Positions 9,191 through 17,568 of a stretch of 64,000 nt of DNA are shown here, in pieces. This DNA comes from Chloroflexota bacterium (GTDB taxonomy: Bacteria; Chloroflexota; Limnocylindria; Limnocylindrales; CSP1-4), in the NCBI GenBank assembly GCA_032128175.1, contig JAQBHC010000062.1, positions 977 to 64,976 on the forward strand, read 5' to 3'. The notes under the pieces are model-generated. The model saw only the letters and a program-made list of their open reading frames with translations, had not been told where the DNA came from and did not search any database. A program made the position numbers and the translations under genes. The stretch's first letter is position 1; each line of letters begins with the position of its first letter.

Positions 9191-9218
9191 CAGCCAGCCG
9201 GCGTCGCACGTCCGGGGC

Positions 9219-10160
9219 GTGCCGGGAGCGTCCGAGGCAAATGCACACGGGAGGATCGCGGTGCCGCGTCCCAAACCAGCACTCATCACCTGGTTGGACG
9301 ACGGCCAGGCGGAGGTCGAACTCGTCGGCGGCAAGGCCGCCTCGCTGCTGGCCCTCACCCGGCACGGCTTCCGAGTTCCGCCCGGGTTCTGTCTGACGAC
9401 CCCGGCGTTCGATGAGCAGGTTCGGTCCGTGCCCCAGGCGGCCGAGACCGTCAACCGCCTGCCGGACGAGGACGCCCGCCGGTCACTTACCGAAAGCTTT
9501 GAGCGATCTCCGCTAGCCGTCGGGGTCGCGGCGGCCCTCAACGACGCCCTCCTTGGCTTGAGCGCTCGCCTCGAGGGCGTCGCCGCATCGCCAGTGCGCT
9601 ATGCCGTGCGCTCGTCGGGCATCGGCGAGGACAGTTCCGCTGCGTCCTTCGCTGGGCTGCACGAGACGGAACTCGATGTCACCCCGGAAGGCGTGCCGGA
9701 TGCGGTACGGCGCTGCTGGGCATCACTGTGGAGCGCGCCGGCGGTCGCCTATCGCCAGCGACGCGGCCTCACGCACGATGGGGGTGGCATGGCGGTTGTC
9801 GTGCAGGCCATGGTGCGGGCGGATGCGGCAGCGGTGGTATTCACCCGGCACCCGGTTACTCGCAGCACCGACCAGCTCGTCGTCACGGCGATCCGAGGGC
9901 TCGGCGAAGCGATGGTGTCGGGCACCGTGACTCCGGACACCTGGATCATCGACCGGGCATCAAGGGTCATCGCCGAGTACGCTCCGGGGGATCGCGCCCC
10001 GGGTCAGGCTGGCGCCGCCCTGGAGACACCCGTGCTGGATGACCTGGTCGCGATTGCACTGGACGTGGAGCTGTCCTTCGGGGCACCCGTGGACATCGAG
10101 GCCGCGGTCGCATCGGGGCTCTGGTATCTCCTCCAGGCGCGCCCCATCACGACAAGCTGA
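9219..10160 (+). CDS. PEP-utilising-enzyme ATP-grasp (PPDK_N-like) domain protein; N-terminal part of an RPH/PEP-synthase-like kinase
   Basis: LVGGKAASLLALTRHGFRVPPGFCLTTPAF and VRSSGIGEDSSAASFAGLHET are typical of the PpsA/PPDK/RPH nucleotide-binding domain. It ends at a TGA that is in frame with the next ORF. Confidence 0.7.
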   Translation: MPGASEANAHGRIAVPRPKPALITWLDDGQAEVELVGGKAASLLALTRHGFRVPPGFCLTTPAFDEQVRSVPQAAETVNRLPDEDARRSLTESFERSPLAVGVAAALNDALLGLSARLEGVAASPVRYAVRSSGIGEDSSAASFAGLHETELDVTPEGVPDAVRRCWASLWSAPAVAYRQRRGLTHDGGGMAVVVQAMVRADAAAVVFTRHPVTRSTDQLVVTAIRGLGEAMVSGTVTPDTWIIDRASRVIAEYAPGDRAPGQAGAALETPVLDDLVAIALDVELSFGAPVDIEAAVASGLWYLLQARPITTS

Positions 10161-10175
10161 TCAGGAGTCGAGTTC

Positions 10176-11846
10176 GTGACGACACCCTCCGAGACCCACC
10201 CCGCGCCCGACGATTTCCCCATTTCCTGGGAGGAACCAGCCGACGCGGAGCGGTCATGGGGCTGGGACGACATGCACATGCCGTTCGCGCTGACCTCGCT
10301 CGCAGCCGATTACATTCGGGCGATCGGCAATGGATTCAACCTCGCCCCGGAGCTGTATGGCGGCTTTCCCAGGCGCTGGCACGCTCGGGTCTGGAACGGG
10401 TATGCCTATTTCACCCAGGACGCCAACGCGGAGGACCCGGAGCGAGCCGAGCTGTCCAAACGGTGGGTCGCCGTGATGCGAGAACGAGCCGAAGTGACCG
10501 AGGCGTTCTGGGCAGATGAGGTCCTCCCCGAGGTCAAGACGCTGGAAGCCCGGCTTCGAACCATTCCGATCGAGTCACTCGATTTCGCCGACCTTGCCCT
10601 CGCCTGGGACGAGGCGTGGGCGGCCACCGAGCGCCTCTGGCAGTTGCACTTCCTGATCATCCTCGGTCCCTACCAGGTGCTCGAAGATCTGGCCGACCTG
10701 TATGAGCGGGTCGTTCCCGGCGCGAGTCCGGGCGAGTCACTTCGACTGGTGCAGGGCGCTGCCACCGAGTTGCTCGAGGCCGATCGTGGGTTGGAGCAGA
10801 TGACGGCTGATGCCGCCTCCCGTCCCGCGATCCGGGACGCCCTGCTCGAGCGTGCCTCCAACGGTGCGCCAGCGTTCGCACGATTGACGGCGGAGAGCCT
10901 TCGGGCTCTCGAGGGTGGCCCGGGCTTTCTGGCCGAACTCGACGCGTTCCTGGCCCAGCATGGACATCTCGGGCAGGCGTTCGATGACCTCGCGCAGCCA
11001 TCGTGGGCGGAAGATATCTCCCTCATCCTCGATCAGATCGGTATGCGCCTCACCAGCCTGCCAGAGCCTGGGGACGCCCGCCGTGCGCGCCTCGCCGAGG
11101 ACGCCGCCGCGCTCGCCGATACCGTCCGGGCCAGGTTGGCCGACCGACCGGATGAACTGGTCGAGTTTGACCGTCTCGTCGCGCTCGCGCGGGCCGTGGG
11201 GCCCCTGACGGAGATCCACAACTACTGGATCGACCGCCTCGCGCAGGCACGTATCCGGGCGCTCTCCATCCGGGTCGGCCACCGCCTGGCAGCCGCCGAT
11301 GTGCTGGACACGGCACAGGACATCCTCCACCTACACCGCGCCGAAGTCAGGGAGTTGATCCAGCGGCCCGCGAGCGCCAGGGCCCTGATCGAGGAGCGAC
11401 GGGTCGACCACAAACGGAATGCCACCCGCACGCCGCCTGCGAATATCGGGCCGAAATCGTCCTCGAGCGAGGACGGATCGCAGGGCCCGGATCGCTTCGA
11501 TGGCGAGCGCTTCACTTCGACCGAGGCGGACGTGCTGCGCGGCACGGGGGCGTCGGCAGGGGAGGTGAGGGGCCGCGCAAAGGTAGTCCTGGGTCCGTCC
11601 GATTTCGGCCGCATCCAGGCCGGCGACATCATCGTCTGCCCATCGTCGAACCCGTCGTGGATCCCGGTGTTCACGCTGGCCGGTGGTCTCGTGACGAATA
11701 CCGGCGGGATCCTCTCCCACGCGGCCGTCGTGGCCCGGGAGTTCGGACTGCCGGCGGTCGTCGGGACCGGCGATGCGACGACGCGGATCGCCGAGGGCCG
11801 GCTCGTCGAGATTGACGGCTCGAGCGGGATCGTCCGCCTCCTGTGA
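10176..11846 (+). CDS. RPH/PEP-synthase-like central helical domain plus C-terminal phosphohistidine swivel (PEP-utilisers) domain
   Basis: The C-terminus GDIIVCPSSNPSWIPVFTLAGGLVTNTGGILSHAAVVAREFGLPAVVG is the PEP-utilising mobile His domain. There is a GTG start with AGGAG 8-9 nt upstream. Confidence 0.7.
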   Translation: MTTPSETHPAPDDFPISWEEPADAERSWGWDDMHMPFALTSLAADYIRAIGNGFNLAPELYGGFPRRWHARVWNGYAYFTQDANAEDPERAELSKRWVAVMRERAEVTEAFWADEVLPEVKTLEARLRTIPIESLDFADLALAWDEAWAATERLWQLHFLIILGPYQVLEDLADLYERVVPGASPGESLRLVQGAATELLEADRGLEQMTADAASRPAIRDALLERASNGAPAFARLTAESLRALEGGPGFLAELDAFLAQHGHLGQAFDDLAQPSWAEDISLILDQIGMRLTSLPEPGDARRARLAEDAAALADTVRARLADRPDELVEFDRLVALARAVGPLTEIHNYWIDRLAQARIRALSIRVGHRLAAADVLDTAQDILHLHRAEVRELIQRPASARALIEERRVDHKRNATRTPPANIGPKSSSSEDGSQGPDRFDGERFTSTEADVLRGTGASAGEVRGRAKVVLGPSDFGRIQAGDIIVCPSSNPSWIPVFTLAGGLVTNTGGILSHAAVVAREFGLPAVVGTGDATTRIAEGRLVEIDGSSGIVRLL

Positions 11847-13243
11847 GTCGCCACGGCGGCGAGCGCCTCCTGACCCCGACGATGCTCGGGATCGCCACGG
11901 GGTCGATCCTCGTGCCGCTCAACTCAACCATGCTCGCCGTGGCCCTCCCCGGGGTGATGGACGAGTTCAATCTCGGGGCTGGTCCGGTCGCCTCGCTCGT
12001 AACGCTCTATCTCGGTGCGGTGGCGGTGGCGCTACCCGCGAGCGGCTCACTCGGCGACCGCTTCGGCCACCGGCGGATGTTCCTGCTCGGCGTGCTTGTC
12101 TTTGCCGCGGCGTCGGCGCTCGCGGTCGGCGCGACGAGTTTCGGCGTGCTTCAGGTGGCGCGCGTGCTTCAGGCGGTCAGCGGCGCGTTCGTCTCGACAA
12201 GTTCTGCCGCGCTCATCCGGGAGATCGCCCCGCCGACGAGACGGGGGGAAGCGTTTGGCCTCTTCGACCTCCTGGTGTCCACGAGCGCCGCGGCGGGGCC
12301 TTTCATCGGCGGCATCCTCGTAGGTCTGTTCGGCTGGCGGAGCCTGTTCGTTGTGGCGGTGCCGGTCGCGCTTGTCGCGCTCCTCAGCGTCGGCCTGCGG
12401 CCTCCTGCTGCCCGGATACGGGGTCCTGATGCCGCGGGTCCGGATCTTTCCCGCGCCCGCAGGGTCGCGCCCCTGGATCTCGTTGGACTCGGGTTGCTCG
12501 CGGCTATCATCGGCGCGTTCCTGATCTCGATCCGGGGCGGCGATGGCGCAGTCCCGATTGCTGCCGGGATTGCCGTCCTCCCGCTCGGTCTCGTCTTCGT
12601 CCGCTACGAGCTGGCCACGGATCACCCAGCGGTTGATCCGCGCCTCTTCCTGCACCGACCGTTTGCCGCGGCCATCACTGGCGTGTTCGGCAACACGGTC
12701 GTCCTGCACGCGAGCTTCATCCTGGTCCCGCTGCTCGTGGAGCGGATTCTGGCCGGATCAGCCGCCACGAGTGGGCTGGTCCTGCTCGGGATCTCTGGCG
12801 TCGCGGCGCTCGCGGCGCCATTTGGCGGGCGGTCCTCGGACCGTCGGGGGAGGCGCCCGCTCGTTGTCGTCGGCACGCTCGTCATGGCGGCGGGGCTCGC
12901 CGGACTCTGGTTGCCCGCGGGCGGGACCTCGTTCCTGAGCATCGGCCTGCTGCTGGGCGTGGTGGGGCTGGGCATGGGGCTTTCAGGGTCGCCACGGCAG
13001 GCCGCCGCATTCGAGACCATCCCCGGGGAGCGGGTCGGCATGGCCGCCGGCACGTATTACACGGGGCGCTATCTCGGCGGCGTGATTGGGGCCAGCCTCG
13101 CAGGAGCCGTGCTGGCGACGGCGGTGACGCCGGCTACCGTCTCCTTCGGTTTCGGGGTGCTGGTCATCGTCGCGCTCGGCGTCGCCGTCGCCTCGCTTGG
13201 ATTGCCGGGGGCGCGCCCACGACCCGTGACCGGCGAGGAATAG
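11843..13243 (+). CDS. MFS transporter (drug/H+ antiporter-like)
   Basis: Twelve to fourteen hydrophobic segments and an MFS-like GxLGDRFGHRRMF loop motif. Its GTG start overlaps the upstream stop codon (GTGA). Confidence 0.8.
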   Translation: MSRHGGERLLTPTMLGIATGSILVPLNSTMLAVALPGVMDEFNLGAGPVASLVTLYLGAVAVALPASGSLGDRFGHRRMFLLGVLVFAAASALAVGATSFGVLQVARVLQAVSGAFVSTSSAALIREIAPPTRRGEAFGLFDLLVSTSAAAGPFIGGILVGLFGWRSLFVVAVPVALVALLSVGLRPPAARIRGPDAAGPDLSRARRVAPLDLVGLGLLAAIIGAFLISIRGGDGAVPIAAGIAVLPLGLVFVRYELATDHPAVDPRLFLHRPFAAAITGVFGNTVVLHASFILVPLLVERILAGSAATSGLVLLGISGVAALAAPFGGRSSDRRGRRPLVVVGTLVMAAGLAGLWLPAGGTSFLSIGLLLGVVGLGMGLSGSPRQAAAFETIPGERVGMAAGTYYTGRYLGGVIGASLAGAVLATAVTPATVSFGFGVLVIVALGVAVASLGLPGARPRPVTGEE

Positions 13244-13325
13244 ACCCGGGCGCTCCTGCGCTCGATGGCGGTCATTCGCTCACATCTCTTGCTATGTGGA
13301 GCTTCTGGACCCATTATTCCTCGGT

Positions 13326-13757
13326 ATGACGACACGAACGCCCCATCCCGGGCTGAGCGCCGAGCGCCATGTACGAGCGGGTCAGGCCGCCGAGATGCTC
13401 GGCGTGACCGTGGACACGCTGCGGCGCTGGGAGGCCGAGGGCCGCTTGCGGATCGACCGGTCCGGCGGTCGCCAGCGGCTGGTTCCGATCGCGGAGGTCA
13501 TCCGCCTCCTGAACGAGCGACGAGCGCGCAACCCGGATCCCCGATCGGCAACGCAGTCCGCCCGAAATCGGTTCAGCGGCGTGATCACCCGCATCGAGGC
13601 CGATCGAGTCGCTGCCGTCGTCGAGGTTCTGGCGGGGCCGCATCGTCTCGTGAGCCTCATGACGGCCGAGGCAGTCACGGATATGGATCTCAAGGTCGGC
13701 GACGCCGCGGTCTGCGTGATCAAGGCCACCAACGTCATCGTCGAACGGCCGCGGTGA
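13326..13757 (+). CDS. MerR-family HTH fused to a TOBE/Mop (molybdate-binding) domain transcriptional regulator
   Basis: AAEMLGVTVDTLRRWEAEGRL is a MerR-type HTH. The C-terminal NRFSGVITRIEADRVAAVVEVLAGPHRLVSLMTAEAVTDMDLKVGDAAVCVIKATNVIVE is a TOBE domain. Confidence 0.65.
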   Translation: MTTRTPHPGLSAERHVRAGQAAEMLGVTVDTLRRWEAEGRLRIDRSGGRQRLVPIAEVIRLLNERRARNPDPRSATQSARNRFSGVITRIEADRVAAVVEVLAGPHRLVSLMTAEAVTDMDLKVGDAAVCVIKATNVIVERPR

Positions 13758-14578
13758 GTGGGCGACCAGGGGTCCGTCCGATTGGACGGCGGTCGGCTGC
13801 AGTGCTGCTCGGGGCCGTCATGGCTCTCGCGATGGCTGCCTGCGGGTCAGCGCCCTCGACTTCGAACGATCCACTCGTCCTGAGCGTGTTCGCGGGGGCG
13901 TCGCTGGGCGATGTCGTCGCCGCAGCCGCGCCTGTCTATCGGACGGCATCGGGGATCGCCATCCAGGCGGCCACGGACTCGTCAACCTCGTTGTGCATCC
14001 AGATCGAGCAGGGCGCGCAGGCCGACGTGTTCCTCTCGGCGGACACGAGGAACCCAGAGGCCTTGCTCGAGGCTGGCCTCGTTGATGGAGCCCTCGTGCC
14101 ATTCGCCCGCAACAGGCTGGCGATCATCGTTCCGAGCGACAACCCGGCGGGCATCCGCACGTACGCCGACCTTGTGCGGCCGGGGATCAAGATCGTCGCC
14201 GCCGGGGCGAACGTGCCCATCTCCGCCTACGCAGCGCAGCTGGTCGATGAATTTGCGGCCATGGCCGGCACCCAGCCCGGCTTTGCGGTTGCCTACGCTG
14301 CCAACGTCGTGAGTCGGGAGGACAACGTGCGGGCAGTCGTCGCGAAGATTGCACTCGGTGAGGGCGATGCCGCCATCGTCTACGCGTCGGACGCATTCGC
14401 CTTCAGTGCGGTGACCGTCATCCCGCTGCCCCCATCGATCGATGTCCTGGCGGTCTACGCCGGCGTCGTCCCGAAGACGGCGCATCAACCCGCGGCTGGA
14501 CACGATTTCCTCGATTGGTTCACAGGAAGTGCTGGTCAGGAGATCCTGGCGGCCTTCGGATTCTCGGCGCCGCCGTGA
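13754..14578 (+). CDS. modA: Molybdate ABC transporter substrate-binding lipoprotein ModA
   Basis: A GTG start overlaps the regulator stop codon, and a signal peptide with an AMAAC lipobox follows. The body (VFAGASLGDVVAAAAPVY...ADVFLSADT) is ModA-like. Confidence 0.75.
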   Translation: MSGRPGVRPIGRRSAAVLLGAVMALAMAACGSAPSTSNDPLVLSVFAGASLGDVVAAAAPVYRTASGIAIQAATDSSTSLCIQIEQGAQADVFLSADTRNPEALLEAGLVDGALVPFARNRLAIIVPSDNPAGIRTYADLVRPGIKIVAAGANVPISAYAAQLVDEFAAMAGTQPGFAVAYAANVVSREDNVRAVVAKIALGEGDAAIVYASDAFAFSAVTVIPLPPSIDVLAVYAGVVPKTAHQPAAGHDFLDWFTGSAGQEILAAFGFSAPP

Positions 14579-15420
14579 GCGCCCGCCGTGACGCGAGCCC
14601 CATCGTCGCGCGGCTCCGGGTGACCAGGCGCGCGTTGCTCCTGCTGGGCGCTGCGGCCCTCGTGGTCTTCCTGACCGCCCCTGTGGTCACGCTCCTCGGA
14701 CGCGCCATCACGGGCAGCGCCCTCGGGACGATCGCGCAATCACCGGTCGTCCTCGATGCCTTGCGCCTGAGCCTGGTGACCACGGCCGTCAGCCTGCTGA
14801 TCACCGCCGCCTTCGGAACCCCGCTCGCCTATCTGCTTGCGCGCAGCCGATCGCGTCTGACCACGCTGACCGAGGTTCTCGTGGATCTCCCGTTGGTGCT
14901 CCCGCCGTCCGTCGCCGGGCTGGCATTACTGCTGGTCTTCGGGCGCCGCGGCGTGGTTGGCGAATCCCTCGATGCGTTCGGACTCGCGATCCCGTTCACG
15001 ACGATCGCGGTCGTCCTGGCGCAGGTCTTCGTTGCCTCGCCGTTCTACGTGCGCTCGGCCCGAGCGGCGATTGCCAGCGTGCCCCGGGATCTCGAGGACG
15101 CTGCGCGCGTTGATGGAGCATCAGAGCTGCGCGTCTTCGTCGAGGTCACGCTGGCCCTCGCTCGTCCCGGCATCTCGGCTGGTCTGGTCATGAGCTGGGC
15201 ACGATCACTGGGCGAGTTCGGAGCGACGATCCTGTTCGCCGGCAATCTTGTGGGTCGGACCCAGACGCTGCCACTCGTCGTCTACTCGGAGTTTCAGGCC
15301 GGCGACCTCGACGCCGCAATTGCCGCCGCGGCGGTGCTGGTGCTCGCGGCGATCGGCGTCCTGCTGGCCGTCCGGCTTGGCCGGGCCAATGGCCCATTCG
15401 ACGCCGCGGTCACGACGTAG
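14574..15420 (+). CDS. modB: Molybdate ABC transporter permease ModB
   Basis: A CysTW-family permease with the EAA-like loop (ARVDGASELRVFVEVTLALARPG). Its start overlaps the modA stop codon. Confidence 0.8.
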
Positions 15421-15739
15421 GGTCAGTTTCGGGCTGTGGTATGGGGCCCGCCGTCGTGGCGATGCTCTCGTACGCGGGGTCGCGCTGCATATACGCCCGG
15501 ATGAATGGGCACTTGACCGTCACCCTCGTGCCCGACGCGAGCGCTTCCTCGAGCACGTGGCGCGCCAGCGCCGAGCCGACACCCCGTCCGGCAAACGCCG
15601 GCAGAACCTCGGTGTGGAGCAGTACCCGGCGTCCGCCCATCCAGCGGTAGTCGACGAACCCAGTCAGGTCGCCGTTCGTGCGAGCCTCGTATCGAAGCAT
15701 CTCGGGAACGTCCATGATGGAGACGGCAACCTGTTCCAT
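15410..15739 (-). CDS. Small GNAT-like acetyltransferase-fold protein
   Basis: RWMGGRRVLLHTEVLPAFAGRGVGSALARHVLEEA is a GNAT motif A-like stretch. The start position is uncertain. Confidence 0.45.
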   Translation of the reverse strand: MEQVAVSIMDVPEMLRYEARTNGDLTGFVDYRWMGGRRVLLHTEVLPAFAGRGVGSALARHVLEEALASGTRVTVKCPFIRAYMQRDPAYESIATTAGPIPQPETDPTS

Positions 15740-15792
15740 GCAGGAACGATAGCGCTCGCGCGCCATGACCTGCGACGGGCGTCTATCCTCGA

Positions 15793-17553
15793 TTGGTGCG
15801 TCCCCTCCCCGCCCCATTTGACCGACTTGCCGCCGGACTCCCGGCCGATGTCGGCGTATCGGGCAGCGAGCTCCTTGGCAGGCGGCTCTTGACCAAGGAC
15901 CTGGCCTTCCCGCTGGACGAGCGGACGGCGTTCGGACTCCATGGGCTGCTCCCAGATCGCGTGTTGACGATCGAGGACCAACTGGACCTCGAGCACGAGC
16001 ACATCCGACGCAAGTCCGACGCGCTGGAGCAGTACATCGGCCTGGCGGCCCTTCAGGACCGCAATGCGACCCTGTTCTATCGATTGCTCGCTGAGCACAT
16101 GGAGGAATACCTCCCGATCGTCTATACGCCCACGGTCGGTCGCGCTTGCCAGGAATTCAGCCATATCGTTCGGCGAACGCGCGGCATCTGGCTCACCCCA
16201 CCGGACCTTGACCGGATCCCGGAGGTACTGCGGGCGGCGCCCTACGAGGACGTCCGGCTCATTGTCGTGACCGACAACGAGCGAATCCTCGGCCTCGGTG
16301 ACCAGGGCGCCGGCGGGATGGCCATCCCGATCGGCAAGCTCGCCCTGTACACGGCGGCGTGCGGCATCCATCCGGTCGTCACGCTCCCGGTCTCCCTCGA
16401 CGTTGGGACGGACAACCAGGCGCTGCTGGATGACCCCCTCTATCTCGGGTTCCGACAGCCTCGACTCAGAGGCACCGACTACGACGCGTTCGTGGAGGCG
16501 TTCGTAAACGGCGTCCACGAGGTCTGGCCGGGCTGCCTCATCCAGTTCGAGGATTTCAAGCAGCATAACGCGCTCCGCATCCTCGATCGATATCGGCGCC
16601 GCGTCCCCTGCTTCAACGACGACATCCAGGGCACAGCGGCCGTCGTAGTCGGCGGAATCCTCGCCGGGATGCGCCACCTCGGCACGACCTGGGCGGATCA
16701 GCGCGTCGTGCTCGCCGGCGCGGGTGCTGCCGGAACCGGGATCGCGCGCCTCCTTCGACAGGCGATGATCGCCGCCGGAATGGCCGAGTCTGACGCCCAC
16801 CGGGCGATGGCCTTCGTTGATTCCCGGGGCCTCGTCCACGACGGCCGCCATGGTCTCGAGGCCGACAAGCAGGAAATGGCGCTATCAGCCGATCTGGCGC
16901 GGGATGCCGGACTCCAGATCTCGCGTGACGGCGAGGGAGATGCGCCCGGTCTCCTCGAGGTCGTGGGGGCGCTGGCACCCACGGTCCTGATCGGCACCAC
17001 CGGCAAGGCTGGCACCTTTACGGAAGACGTTATTCGAGCCATGGCCGCGGGGGCCCCGCACCCAATCATCATGCCGCTCTCTAACCCCACCTCGATCTCC
17101 GAGGCCGTACCGACGGACGTGCTCTTCTGGACCGAGGGGCGCGCACTCGTGGCCACGGGTTCGCCGTTCCTACCGGTCGCGGACGGCGATCGAACCGTCG
17201 AGATCGGCCAGGCAAACAACGTGTTCATCTTCCCGGGTGTCGGGCTCGGGGCCATCGTGGCCGAGTCCCGCGAGGTGACCGACGCGATGTTCCTGCTCGC
17301 TGCGGAAACGGTCGCGGAGCATGTGTCGGACGCACGCCTGGAGGCAGGCGCCCTGTATCCGAGCGTGTCGGACCTGCGTGCCGTATCACGGGCGATTGCG
17401 ATCCGCGTTGCCGGAGAGGCGCTGCGGGTCGGCCTCTCGCCCCTCCCGGCCGATACGAATGTCGATGCGCTCGTCGACGCGTCGATGTGGTGGCCGGCAT
17501 ATGCCCCGTATCAGCGGAAAGCCACCGCAAGCGACCGAGCGACGACGGCCTAG
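15793..17553 (+). CDS. maeA: NAD(P)-dependent malic enzyme
   Basis: PIVYTPTVGRACQEFSHIVRRTRGIWLT, VVTDNERILGLGDQGAGGMAIPIGKLALYTAACG and GTAAVVVGG are malic-enzyme signatures. Confidence 0.85.
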   Translation: MVRPLPAPFDRLAAGLPADVGVSGSELLGRRLLTKDLAFPLDERTAFGLHGLLPDRVLTIEDQLDLEHEHIRRKSDALEQYIGLAALQDRNATLFYRLLAEHMEEYLPIVYTPTVGRACQEFSHIVRRTRGIWLTPPDLDRIPEVLRAAPYEDVRLIVVTDNERILGLGDQGAGGMAIPIGKLALYTAACGIHPVVTLPVSLDVGTDNQALLDDPLYLGFRQPRLRGTDYDAFVEAFVNGVHEVWPGCLIQFEDFKQHNALRILDRYRRRVPCFNDDIQGTAAVVVGGILAGMRHLGTTWADQRVVLAGAGAAGTGIARLLRQAMIAAGMAESDAHRAMAFVDSRGLVHDGRHGLEADKQEMALSADLARDAGLQISRDGEGDAPGLLEVVGALAPTVLIGTTGKAGTFTEDVIRAMAAGAPHPIIMPLSNPTSISEAVPTDVLFWTEGRALVATGSPFLPVADGDRTVEIGQANNVFIFPGVGLGAIVAESREVTDAMFLLAAETVAEHVSDARLEAGALYPSVSDLRAVSRAIAIRVAGEALRVGLSPLPADTNVDALVDASMWWPAYAPYQRKATASDRATTA

Positions 17554-17568
17554 GTCACCGCCCGAGGG

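Noticed and set aside
10158-10160. TGA as selenocysteine codon in the RPH-like gene
   Set aside because: No convincing SECIS-like hairpin follows the TGA. The stop sits at a domain linker with its own RBS and GTG, so a split gene or a pseudogene is more parsimonious. Only mentioned as a remote alternative.
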